Source: an uncultured Spirochaetota bacterium (GTDB lineage: Bacteria; Spirochaetota; Brevinematia; Brevinematales; JAOACQ01). From it: 64,000 nucleotides of DNA. The notes under the pieces are model-generated. The model did no database searches and was not told where the DNA came from. It was given only the letters and a program-made list of their open reading frames with translations. Location: positions 448,001 to 512,000 of the forward strand of contig CAWIGG010000002.1 in assembly GCA_963835575.1 (NCBI GenBank), in the 5' to 3' direction. A program made the position numbers and the translations under genes. This document shows positions 19,679 to 29,239 of the stretch, piece after piece (the stretch's first letter is position 1; each line of letters starts with the position of its first letter).

Positions 19679-22159
19679 TCAGGTCTTTCTGAACAAAAAT
19701 TTCGGTTTTATCATCAGGATTACAGAGGGCATAATGGTGAGCGCCGCGATGATGCAGATCATGATGGACGAAGCAATGAGAAATCCGAAATAAACCACCG
19801 GCTGGAAATTACTGAAGAGCAGCACCACAAATCCGATTACCACGGAAAGTCCGTTGAATACGATCCCCTTGCCGATGGTCGTCATGGTCGCGCGGTAAGC
19901 CTCTTCGAGATTGCCGAATTTCTGCATCAACTCACGCAGACGCCACAAAAAGTAAGCGGTATAATCGGTTCCGGCGCCGATCATAATGCTGGATAGAATG
20001 ACCGTAACCATGTCCAGTTTGATGCGGAAAATGGACATGCACCCGAAAACAGAAAGAATTGCAATAATCAACGGAACCGCTGATACTAATCCGGCGGCAA
20101 ATGACCGGAAAATCACCATATAACAGATTATTATAACGCCGATACTGAGCAAAATACTGTAAATCTGGCCTTCGATCAGTAGCGGGGAGAGTTCCTGGCT
20201 ATACATGATGGTACCGCCGAATGATGTGACGGCATCCGGGGGCGGGTCTTTTTTTATAAAATCTTTCAGCGCGTCAATGACGGCTTGAACTTTACGAGTG
20301 TTCATTTCCGGCAGCTGGATAATGATCTGGGCATTGTTATATTTAAAATCCACCAGCGACGAAAGGTCTTTTCCGCCGCCGGCGCTTTCAAACAGGAGCA
20401 GATATTGCGCGATCAGGTTTCTGCTGTCCGGAACAAAGTCTTTTGAAGCATCATCCTGCATGACTGAATTGAGGTAGGCTATCTGATCGGCTAGCGAATA
20501 GGCATCACCGATCATCGGCCTCCCGGTCATGGCATTTGTCAGCGATTTCGCGTATTTCTGCAGCCGTTCCATCCAGTGCAGCATTTCAGGGCTTTTCATC
20601 GGACCGTCTTCGCCAGATTCAGGAACGACGGGATTCCGGGATTCGAGCAGCAGATTGATGGACGCCGCTCCTGAAAACTTCCTGCCCAGCATTTCAAAAG
20701 TCTGCCGGACTGGATTGTTTTTCTTGTAAAACTCGACCATATTATTATCCACATCGATGCGGGGTATCAATACAGCGAACAGCACCAGAACGGCGGCCGT
20801 ACCGCCAACCAGCGCTGTTTTGTTGCGGATAACAAACGATGCAGTCTTTCCAAGCAGACTGTCGGTAAATGACCCATGCCTGGCTTTCAGCAGATGCGAG
20901 GGCGTCTTCAACAGGCTCAGAATGGACGGCGTGAGCACAACCGTTAGAATAAAAGACAGAACAATACCGAACGCGCTGAAAAAGCCGAGATAGGCGATGC
21001 TTTTCAGCGGGTGCCCGTACATCGCCAGAAAACCGATGATCACCGTTGTTACGGAAAGAAAAATGGGCGTGGACATTTTGATAATGCCTGACTTTGCCAC
21101 GTTATTCATCGCATTTTTCCCGAGATCCCGCTGAACATCCTCATAATAATTTGCGATCAGCTGGGTCCCGTAACTATGAGCAATGGCAATAAACATCGGC
21201 GGTATGATAACATATGGCAGAATGAGCACTTCTTTCATCCACCCGATAAAACCGTATAATCCGGTCAGGCTCAGCATGACGACGCAGAGGGGAAGCAGCA
21301 TACCACGCTTGCTGCGGAAAAAAGCGAACAAGACCGCCAGCATAATCATAATTCCGAAGATAAGAAACAGCATCATTTCAATAACTGTTTTCCCGAATGT
21401 GTCGTACCGCAGGTAGGTATATCCCGACAGGGAAATTTTTACGCTGTCATCTTCATACTTAGCCTTGAGGTTTTCCAGGGTCGGTTTTTCGGGGTGTTTT
21501 GCGTTCCGGCCGCAGATTTCGCTGTCATCCACCCTGACGGATACCTGCTGCCCATTGGAAGTTAAGGATATATTCTGGCGCACATTGGCCAAGATAAGAG
21601 TGACCGTGTCATCTGCGCTGACCAGTTTGCTGCCGAGGAGTTTATTTTTCTTCACCCTCGATTTAAGATCTTCCATTTCAGACGGGGTCCGGGGAATCCG
21701 CTCCATAAAAGGGCGGGTAACCAGTGTGTCATCTTCTATGGCAGCGTCTTTTGCTTCGGACAGGGAGATAACGGTATCGACGTATGGGGCTGTTTTCAGT
21801 TCGCGGCTGACAGCCTGAACCTTTTCCAGGACGGCCGGGTCCCATATTGTGCCTTTCTTTGACTCAATGCTGATGAAAACGGATTCAACGCCGCCGAAGA
21901 GCCTGTCAATTTTCTTTGTCGCGATGTCGCATGGCACCGTTGACGGCATGACCGATTTCAGGTCTACATCAATCCGCAGATTCCTGGCGCCGATCCCCAG
22001 TATTGCTATGAAAATGCATGAAAGGGCAATGGACACTTTCGGATGATTTGTTACGGTATGAGCGATCCGCTCTATGCCGATCAGCCGGTATATCAAGTAT
22101 ACAATGAAAAAACTGGCCAGCACAATAATGAGAATGTGGTTGTCAGTGAGAAACTGCAT
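19679..22159 (-). CDS. MMPL/RND family transporter
   Basis: 826 aa; two MMPL halves; GAGTDY. Confidence 0.9.
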   Translation of the reverse strand: MQFLTDNHILIIVLASFFIVYLIYRLIGIERIAHTVTNHPKVSIALSCIFIAILGIGARNLRIDVDLKSVMPSTVPCDIATKKIDRLFGGVESVFISIESKKGTIWDPAVLEKVQAVSRELKTAPYVDTVISLSEAKDAAIEDDTLVTRPFMERIPRTPSEMEDLKSRVKKNKLLGSKLVSADDTVTLILANVRQNISLTSNGQQVSVRVDDSEICGRNAKHPEKPTLENLKAKYEDDSVKISLSGYTYLRYDTFGKTVIEMMLFLIFGIMIMLAVLFAFFRSKRGMLLPLCVVMLSLTGLYGFIGWMKEVLILPYVIIPPMFIAIAHSYGTQLIANYYEDVQRDLGKNAMNNVAKSGIIKMSTPIFLSVTTVIIGFLAMYGHPLKSIAYLGFFSAFGIVLSFILTVVLTPSILSLLKTPSHLLKARHGSFTDSLLGKTASFVIRNKTALVGGTAAVLVLFAVLIPRIDVDNNMVEFYKKNNPVRQTFEMLGRKFSGAASINLLLESRNPVVPESGEDGPMKSPEMLHWMERLQKYAKSLTNAMTGRPMIGDAYSLADQIAYLNSVMQDDASKDFVPDSRNLIAQYLLLFESAGGGKDLSSLVDFKYNNAQIIIQLPEMNTRKVQAVIDALKDFIKKDPPPDAVTSFGGTIMYSQELSPLLIEGQIYSILLSIGVIIICYMVIFRSFAAGLVSAVPLIIAILSVFGCMSIFRIKLDMVTVILSSIMIGAGTDYTAYFLWRLRELMQKFGNLEEAYRATMTTIGKGIVFNGLSVVIGFVVLLFSNFQPVVYFGFLIASSIMICIIAALTIMPSVILMIKPKFLFRKT

Positions 22160-22162
22160 AGA

Positions 22163-23842
22163 CTACTCCTTGGGTGACTGCGGAATGAAATTCCACGCGT
22201 AGGATAATCGGACATACGCGGTTGAATCATCGTAAAACATACCGAGGGGATCATTGCGGTCAATGCGTACAGTTCCGTTATTGTCCTTGATAACGGCGTA
22301 GAAAAAAGACGCCCCGACTGATACGCTCAAATCATCTGATATCCGCCACTGGATTTCCGGCATGACAGACCCTCGTCCAAACCTTGTTTCCTCTTTTTCA
22401 TCATAATTGACTGGTAGAAAATAGGAAAGCGTCAGGGATGGAATGACAGATTCATTGAATAGCGGCCACTGGGAACGGGTAACAAAACCATGCGTCAGTC
22501 CCTCAAACTGATTGCCCAGCTGCTGCGTGAACGCCCTGTAATAATACTCCTTCATGTATGCCGCATTTCCGGCCTGGCTGGTATCGGGCATGCCGTTCGG
22601 ATAATCCGTAAAGAAAGCTGAGTCATAGGCAAACACATATGTTCCCGTGTACTGCATGTTGATATACCACGCGTCATCCGGGCCATAGGACAGGTCGAAC
22701 CCGATGGTCCAGTCCAGCTGGGGGTTACGTATAGAAATTTCGGAGCCCGCTGGGCGCTCTCCAATGGAATAGCAGGCTTCGCCCCACAGCCCGACGGGAC
22801 CGGCGGCCGTCTTAAAATCTAACCCCAACCGGTGGATCCTTATACGTTCCATGCTTATGGAAGAAATACGCTGTGCGGACTGATTGATGTTTGACGAAAG
22901 CGAGGATTCCAGTTGGGCTATGAGCGCGGGATCATTCGGGATAATGCCGTTTGAGACCGCATTGTTCACTGCCGTGTTTACCGCGTTATCCTTTATGGAA
23001 TCCGGCAGCGGGTTGTATTCCTCCAGTTCGATTACGGGAGAATAGAACTGGTCAATATCATAAGCGTACATAATGGAAACATCGACCGGGCCTGTAAAGA
23101 GGTTGGCCCGCAGCGCCACCACCGGTTTTTTCAAATCCGTATCTTCTTCAAAGCGGATATCTTTGCTCATAACAGAATCTACTGTTGAAGACGCAGATGT
23201 TATCCCCATATCGCCGGTTGCCATATTGAAGCTCGTTATATTAAGCTTAAAGTTATTTACGATGTGTTTATTGAAAAACTCTTGCGGGATTTTATCCGCG
23301 GCATTGTAAGGGTAGAGGCTTTCCTGTTTAAACGGCATGTAAACAGCGTCAACGGAAATCCAGGAGGCAGGGTACGCTGTAAACAGGAAAGAAGGATTCG
23401 GCAATTTTTTTATATCCGCGGGATTACGGTAATCGAACCGGTTGAAGATTGCAGTCGGATTTAATCCGTCGGCCTTGCCCCAGGCAAAAACCTGATTTCC
23501 AACGGAAAGCCGCATACCGGACGGATTCCATGCGATAGTGTTTTCATCGGCATAAAGTTCAACCAGGTTTGTCATATTATTGTATCCCATAATCAGGTCG
23601 CCGTTCCAATGGGACACGAATTTAAAGTCTCCGGAATTGATATCCACTCCGAAAAGATTTCTGATTTTGGGTGAACGGATATAATCAGTCAGAGAAGTAT
23701 CATCCGGAAGGCCGGTAACCGGGAGAAAATATTCAATCGCCGTTTTATCAAACAGTTTCATTTCGCCTGCAGATGCCGTTTTTATGCTGAAAACGGCTAT
23801 CTGAACAATAATACTGATCACTAAACAGATGGACCGCCGCAT
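22163..23842 (-). CDS. Putative outer-membrane protein (DUF1302-like)
   Basis: Signal peptide; G.Q...WG.ADG.NP motif; operon with MMPL and LolA-like genes. Confidence 0.65.
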   Translation of the reverse strand: MRRSICLVISIIVQIAVFSIKTASAGEMKLFDKTAIEYFLPVTGLPDDTSLTDYIRSPKIRNLFGVDINSGDFKFVSHWNGDLIMGYNNMTNLVELYADENTIAWNPSGMRLSVGNQVFAWGKADGLNPTAIFNRFDYRNPADIKKLPNPSFLFTAYPASWISVDAVYMPFKQESLYPYNAADKIPQEFFNKHIVNNFKLNITSFNMATGDMGITSASSTVDSVMSKDIRFEEDTDLKKPVVALRANLFTGPVDVSIMYAYDIDQFYSPVIELEEYNPLPDSIKDNAVNTAVNNAVSNGIIPNDPALIAQLESSLSSNINQSAQRISSISMERIRIHRLGLDFKTAAGPVGLWGEACYSIGERPAGSEISIRNPQLDWTIGFDLSYGPDDAWYINMQYTGTYVFAYDSAFFTDYPNGMPDTSQAGNAAYMKEYYYRAFTQQLGNQFEGLTHGFVTRSQWPLFNESVIPSLTLSYFLPVNYDEKEETRFGRGSVMPEIQWRISDDLSVSVGASFFYAVIKDNNGTVRIDRNDPLGMFYDDSTAYVRLSYAWNFIPQSPKE

Positions 23843-23846
23843 AGGA

Positions 23847-24620
23847 TTATTTCTCCAGATATTTTATGCTGAATACATCCGGATTGACCCCGCCGTTGAT
23901 AACGGTGTTTTCCATTTGAATGATGGTGGAACTGCCCGATGCGCTGACCGCAGCTGTTTTCAGTGCCATGAGTATCCCGCTGATTGTCTTTACTTCCTGG
24001 ATAGCGACGGTCTTATCCAGCGCTCCGCTTTTATCATACATCTCAGATTTATAAGTGAAGTAATCATCCTGGGCAACCCAGAGTATGGATTTTGAATACG
24101 GAGCGTCGATCTTTTTGGGTACGCTTTGAATTACATAGCATGAAATTGATTCATCGGTCCCATTCCGTACTGCCTGGATTTGATCGGTTTTTATATAGGA
24201 ATAGGTGTAATCTTCCTGGGAATGCTCTTCCATATCATAATAGGTAAAATCCGACCCCATAAATTTCCCGCTTTTACCGGACGCCGCTATTTTCCTGATT
24301 TTCCCAAGAGCCGGAAGGTACAAACGCTGATTGTCCCCTTCTTTATTATTCCCGATTGTCAGGAATTTAGTGCCGGCCACATCCGCCGGAGATATAAACT
24401 CCGCGAGGGAATCGGTGCCAAAATCGGTTTTCCTCATAGTGGATTTAATGGTCCTTTTTTTAACTCCGCCGGTTTGTTTCAATGTCATAGTAATGGTGGA
24501 AGCCATATCATTGGCTTTCGGTAAACCGTAAGACTTGCTCATAATTTCATCAGCGTCCGGTGCGCCGAATGCCGTAGAAGCGGCAATAAGGCAGCCTATC
24601 AGGATCAGTTGAAATCTCAT
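23847..24620 (-). CDS. Outer membrane lipoprotein-sorting protein (LolA-like)
   Basis: F..PADV.GT.FL, LYLPALGK.RKI, FMGSDFTY.D; GGAGG RBS before ATG 24620. Confidence 0.88.
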   Translation of the reverse strand: MRFQLILIGCLIAASTAFGAPDADEIMSKSYGLPKANDMASTITMTLKQTGGVKKRTIKSTMRKTDFGTDSLAEFISPADVAGTKFLTIGNNKEGDNQRLYLPALGKIRKIAASGKSGKFMGSDFTYYDMEEHSQEDYTYSYIKTDQIQAVRNGTDESISCYVIQSVPKKIDAPYSKSILWVAQDDYFTYKSEMYDKSGALDKTVAIQEVKTISGILMALKTAAVSASGSSTIIQMENTVINGGVNPDVFSIKYLEK

Positions 24621-24640
24621 AAATAACCTCCTGTGTTTAG

Positions 24641-24675
24641 AATACAAAAATGGCACACAGTGTCATTTTTGTATT
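24641..24675. promoter_or_regulatory. Putative TetR operator palindrome
   Basis: AATACAAAAATGGCAC-ACA-GTGTCATTTTTGTATT between divergent genes. Confidence 0.6.
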
Positions 24676-24749
24676 TAATAACAATGTAACACAAACTGAA
24701 CTGTTTGTCAAGAACGGCACAAAATATTTTTTATGTTAAATGAATCATA

Positions 24750-24778
24750 TTGACACTCAATGACAATTGCTATATAAT
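24750..24778 (+). promoter_or_regulatory. Consensus sigma70 promoter of tetR
   Basis: TTGACA-17 bp-TATAAT, 6 nt before ATG 24785. Confidence 0.8.
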
Positions 24779-24784
24779 CAATCT

Positions 24785-25378
24785 ATGAATGAAAATGATG
24801 AGAGTGTAAAAAACCTTCGAGAACGGCAGTATGAGTTCGCACGTAAAAGTATCTTTGATGCAGCTTTTGAACTTTTTAAAACGAAAGGCTTTGAAGAAAC
24901 AACCGTTGACGACATCGCCAGGGCTGCCGGAACTTCCCGGCGGACCTATTTCCGTTACTTTAAGACGAAAGAAGATGTGATCCTGAGTTATATCGTCGAT
25001 CTTGCCAGATTGGCCATAACATTTCTGTCAAATCGTCCGGCTGATGAAAAGCCGATAGTTTCATTACGGTATGCGATCCAGGCTGCAGTAGAAGAGGTAA
25101 TGAACACCAGTCTTGAAACGCTTGAGAAATTGGTCCGTAAAACACCATCTCTCCGCGCGGCATGGCTTTTGCATCTTGATGTTGTGCAAGAACAATTTTC
25201 CGATGTGATTAAACAGCGTTATCCCAATCTGGATAATACGGATGCCCAGATACTGACAAGAATGCTGATTTCCTTTGCGGACATGGCTATTGCATCCTGG
25301 ATATCGGATGTTAAACTTGATCTGGCTTCTTATATTGATGATTTATTAACCAGGCTTATTAAATTGTGCAATGTATAG
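24785..25378 (+). CDS. TetR family transcriptional regulator
   Basis: GFEETTVDDIARAAGTSRRTYFRYFKTKED HTH. Confidence 0.93.
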   Translation: MNENDESVKNLRERQYEFARKSIFDAAFELFKTKGFEETTVDDIARAAGTSRRTYFRYFKTKEDVILSYIVDLARLAITFLSNRPADEKPIVSLRYAIQAAVEEVMNTSLETLEKLVRKTPSLRAAWLLHLDVVQEQFSDVIKQRYPNLDNTDAQILTRMLISFADMAIASWISDVKLDLASYIDDLLTRLIKLCNV

Positions 25379-25384
25379 AAATTC

Positions 25385-25618
25385 TTGACGGCAAACCCGG
25401 CATCGCTAACTGCAAAGGAGTTTTATTTCATTGTGACCGCCGTCGACGGAAGCAGAAAGATCATGGTAAGGACTCTGGAAGGATTCAGGGCGTTCACCTC
25501 CTGCCTCGATGGAACGAAAGAAAAGGGTGTCATCTATGGGACCGGCGCCTGGAAAATGGTTGAGAACAAGGGAAAGCCCGCATTTAAGCATGCGTACGAA
25601 ATGGGAAAACAGGTGTAA
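25385..25618 (+). pseudogene. C-terminal remnant of a flavodoxin-family / NADPH-dependent FMN reductase
   Basis: KEFYFIVTA..., GVIYGTGAW..., AYEMGK; N-terminal half absent. Confidence 0.7.
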
Positions 25619-25704
25619 CGTGAATTTAGACACTCTTACTTTTTCCAATAACGATACCAGACCGTTTTATGCTATTCTGATCTGTCCAGCACTCAACTTT
25701 TTTT

Positions 25705-26465
25705 TTAATCTAAAGGAGATTTTTGTGTGAACACGCAGAGATATTCTACATTGCCGCTCTTCTGTCCCTGATCGGCGATTCGATGACTTCGCTATGACTT
25801 AATCCGATCGAATCCGAGTAACCAAGCACATGATCAAGTGCTTCCTGCCGGTGCTCTGAACTCACGAGACCTTTTTTCCCGACCCTCTTTTTGTCCAGCT
25901 CGAACTGCGGCTTGATGAGCGCGATTATGATGGAGCCTTCCTTTAATATCCGGGACACCGGTCCCAGGATTTTAGTCAGGGATATGAATGAGACATCGAT
26001 GACGGCTAGGTCAGGCCTTGGATCAAAAACAGTTTGATCGATAAACCGGGCGTTTGTCTTTTCCATGGAAACGACGCGCGGGTCTTTCCGGAGCTTCCAG
26101 TCCAATTGATTGGTACCGCAATCAACGGCATAAACCCTGGCGGCCCCTCTTTCAAGAAGCGCCTGTGTGAATCCGCCGGTCGAGGCCCCGATATCGACGG
26201 CGGTTTTACCCGCGACATCAATATGAAAATGGTCCATCGCATGGAAAAGCTTGAGGCTTCCTCTGCTGACATAGGGAAAATTTTCCCTGATGCGGATTTG
26301 CGATTCAATAGAAACGGAGGTCCCCGCCTTTGTGACCGGGACTTCATTAATCAGCACTTCCCCGGCAAGAATGAGGGCCTGCGCCTTCTGCCTGGATTCA
26401 CAGAGGCCTTTTTTGACAAGAAGGACATCCAGCCTTTCTTTTTCTATATTTTTTTTATTTTCCAT
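25705..26465 (-). CDS. tlyA: TlyA family RNA methyltransferase (apparent frameshift near 3' end)
   Basis: RLDVLLV, YVSRG..KL, DIGASTGGFT, DVSFISL, IKPQFE; adding one G near 25766-25768 gives SPIRGQKSGNVEYL. Confidence 0.9.
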
Positions 26466-26505
26466 ACATAACCTTTAAAATTAGCTATAATTGCCACAGG
26501 CACGG

Positions 26506-27889
26506 AGATGGTATGATATTCCTGCAAAAGAATCATAGGTGATGTAACTTTAATTCGACGGAATTAAAGGGCCGGCGGCACAGGTTGTCCGTGTCGTGGG
26601 ACAAATCGATGGAGTAACATCGAAAGATCCCGTCACAGAGATTAATCGTCAACCGGCCACCGAACATCCTTGTGTGAGTCGGGGTCTTGACCCCTTCATC
26701 ACGTATAGAAGTAAGGTGTTACACGCTTATGATTTTAAAGCCCCTTGGTTCTGTTAATTTTATTAAAAAGGGGAAAAAGATGCAAGAAAAAGTTGGTATT
26801 GCCGGAATTGATTTAAGCAAGAGAAGCATGGTCGTTGTACGGTTGACTGATGGAGGAGAGAAAGTTCAGAGAGGTACTTTTACAACGAACCGGATCGGCA
26901 GAGAACGTTTTATGAAGTGGTTAAAACCCGAAGACACGGTTTACATTGAAGCCGGAAGCAGTTCATTCGGGTTAGCGAAAGAAATCAAGAATGAAGTCAA
27001 AGCAGAGGTTATTGTATTGAATCCCGGCGACATAGCTATGATATACAGGTCATTGAAGAAGACGGATAGAGAAGACGCGTTAAAATTGGCAAGATTGGGA
27101 TTGAGAATACCGAGAGAAGAATTGCCCGAAGTTGCCATTCCTTCAGATGAAGAGGAGGATTGCCGGAGACTGATAAGCGAACATGCTTTTTATACTAAAG
27201 AAAGGACCGGTTTGATCAACCGGCTGCATTCTGTATATTATCAAGCAGGATTAACGGAGCTGACAAAAAAAGACCTGAAGACAAAAGTAAACCGGGATAA
27301 TAGTTGCCGGCTCTTAAGCGAGAGATATTGCGGTGAGGCAAAGCGATTAATGAAAAGGATAGATGAAATCGAAAATGATTTGGAAGAGATTCATAACAAA
27401 GCAATAGAAGTATTAAAAAGCCATTTGGACATAACATCTATTTATATGTCGATGACAGGAATAGGGCCTATAATCAGTCTCGCTTTGTTTTCACACATAG
27501 GGTATTTTGACAGGTTTTCGAAGGCAAAGCAGGTAAGCAATTATGTAGGATTAACTCCAAGGGTAGATCAGTCCGGTAATACAGAAAAAAAAGGAAGAAT
27601 CAGCAAGAGAGGCTGCCGTCAGATCAGAAGAGTTATTGTGCAGGGAGCCTGGTCTTTAGTTCGGTCAAAGAAGAAAAGTCCATTAAAAGATATGTTTACA
27701 CGGATTTGTGTTTCAAGAGGCAAGTTTATAGCTATTACTGCTGTGGCAAGAGCAATGATTGAGATACTATTTTATATGGTTAAAAGACGGCAATATTATT
27801 ATGGAACCAGTCAAACAGAAGTTCTTAAAAAGCTTCGGTTTTATGGTTTATTAAATTCAGGCCAAGGGGCTTGACAAATAACATAGAAG
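26506..27889 (+). mobile_element. IS110 family element with ~270-bp non-coding left end
   Basis: AG core at both ends; predicted circle junction gives TTGACA-17-TATGAT; short subterminal IR TATGATATT / AATAACATA. Confidence 0.8.
26780..27874 (+). CDS. IS110 family DEDD recombinase/transposase
   Basis: GIDLSK, IEAG, KTDREDA, GLTP..QSG, ISKRG, AVAR motifs. Confidence 0.93.
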   Translation: MQEKVGIAGIDLSKRSMVVVRLTDGGEKVQRGTFTTNRIGRERFMKWLKPEDTVYIEAGSSSFGLAKEIKNEVKAEVIVLNPGDIAMIYRSLKKTDREDALKLARLGLRIPREELPEVAIPSDEEEDCRRLISEHAFYTKERTGLINRLHSVYYQAGLTELTKKDLKTKVNRDNSCRLLSERYCGEAKRLMKRIDEIENDLEEIHNKAIEVLKSHLDITSIYMSMTGIGPIISLALFSHIGYFDRFSKAKQVSNYVGLTPRVDQSGNTEKKGRISKRGCRQIRRVIVQGAWSLVRSKKKSPLKDMFTRICVSRGKFIAITAVARAMIEILFYMVKRRQYYYGTSQTEVLKKLRFYGLLNSGQGA

Positions 27890-28056
27890 GACACAGAGGC
27901 CGGAAAAAATTTGGGGTTGTTTAAATTAATGCCCTTATCCTATTTTTATAAATTTTAAGATATAATAAGTAATTGAGGGCTATTATAAAACATATAAATT
28001 AAATTAACATTCAATATTATAACTCTGTGCCCTCTGTGTCTTCTATGTCTCTGTGG

Positions 28057-28839
28057 CTACCTCAAAAACCCGGTCAACGGCGAGCTGGCGGAAGCCGTTT
28101 TCTGTTCTTCCCTTAATTTTAAAAGATAGGCGGTCCTGCCGGCCTGGACGGCAAGGGAAAAAGCCCTGCTTATGGCAGCCGGGTCTTCCGATGTGGCTAT
28201 CGCCGTATTGACCAGGACTGCGTCCGCGCCCAATTCCATTGCTTCGGCAGCATGGGAAGGCCTGCCGATACCGGCGTCGACAACAACTGGCAGCTTTGAA
28301 TTTTCAATGATCATCTCGATAAAATCCCGCGCCTTTAAGCCCCTGTTTGAACCGATCGGCGAGCCCAACGGCATTACTGCGGCGGCCCCGGCGTCATAAA
28401 GCTTTCTGCAGGTGACCAGGTCCGGCTGGATATACGGCATAACGATAAAGCCTTCTTTTGCCAGGATTTCCGTAGCTTTGACCGTTTCCTCGTTATCCGG
28501 CATCAGGTATTTCATTTCATGGATCACTTCAATTTTAATAAAATTGCCGCAGCCCATTTCCCTGGCCAGCCGCGCGATCCGGACGGCTTCGCCGGCGTTC
28601 CGGGCGCCTGAAGTGTTCGGCATAAGCGTGACATTTTTCGGGATGTAGGACAGGATATTCTCATCGCCGGCCTTGCTGTCCACCCGCCTGAGGGCCACGG
28701 TAATTAATTCCGAAGAACTGGCTTTCAATATTTCGGGAATAAGCCGCGGGGAAGATAATTTCCCGGTGCCGATAAAGAGCCTGCTGGTGAATACTTTGTC
28801 CCCGATTTTTAAAACGTCAGTTTTATTTTCTTTATTCAA
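28057..28839 (-). CDS. thiG: Thiazole synthase
   Basis: [38 protein letters not shown]. Confidence 0.96.
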   Translation of the reverse strand: MNKENKTDVLKIGDKVFTSRLFIGTGKLSSPRLIPEILKASSSELITVALRRVDSKAGDENILSYIPKNVTLMPNTSGARNAGEAVRIARLAREMGCGNFIKIEVIHEMKYLMPDNEETVKATEILAKEGFIVMPYIQPDLVTCRKLYDAGAAAVMPLGSPIGSNRGLKARDFIEMIIENSKLPVVVDAGIGRPSHAAEAMELGADAVLVNTAIATSEDPAAISRAFSLAVQAGRTAYLLKLREEQKTASASSPLTGFLR

Positions 28840-28861
28840 GACTCAAACCTCCAATAGAGAT

Positions 28862-28895
28862 AAAAAAAGCACACCCCCGGTACGGAAGGTGTGCG
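28862..28895 (-). terminator. Riboswitch-associated intrinsic terminator
   Basis: GCACACC...GGTGTGC followed by T7 on minus strand. Confidence 0.8.
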
Positions 28896-28912
28896 TCAGC
28901 AATAAATGCGTC

Positions 28913-29036
28913 CGCTTCCCTCCGCCGGTATTATCCGGATCAGGTTACAGGGTTGGAATACAGTCCTCTCAGCCCCTCACCAGTTTGTCAGGCTTCACCA
29001 GAGAAGCAAACAAACTGGTGAGGGACACCCCTAGCT
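28913..29036 (-). ncRNA. TPP riboswitch
   Basis: GGGGTG...GCTGAGA...ACCC...ACCTGATCCGGATAATACCGGCGGAGGGAAG upstream of thiG. Confidence 0.93.
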
Positions 29037-29239
29037 TTTAATAATAATACTACTGAGGTCTTTAATTGTCAATTTTATAAAGGTTTCCTTTTCCTTGACG
29101 AAATGAAGAAATTCAATTTAAAATAGAGGGTAGGGGATTAATGAAATAATATCTGGTATTGGGATAAAAAAAAGCTTTTCAATCAATTTTATCTTTCCGT
29201 TTGTCAGGGGATTAAAACGGACTGATATAAAGGAAGTTT

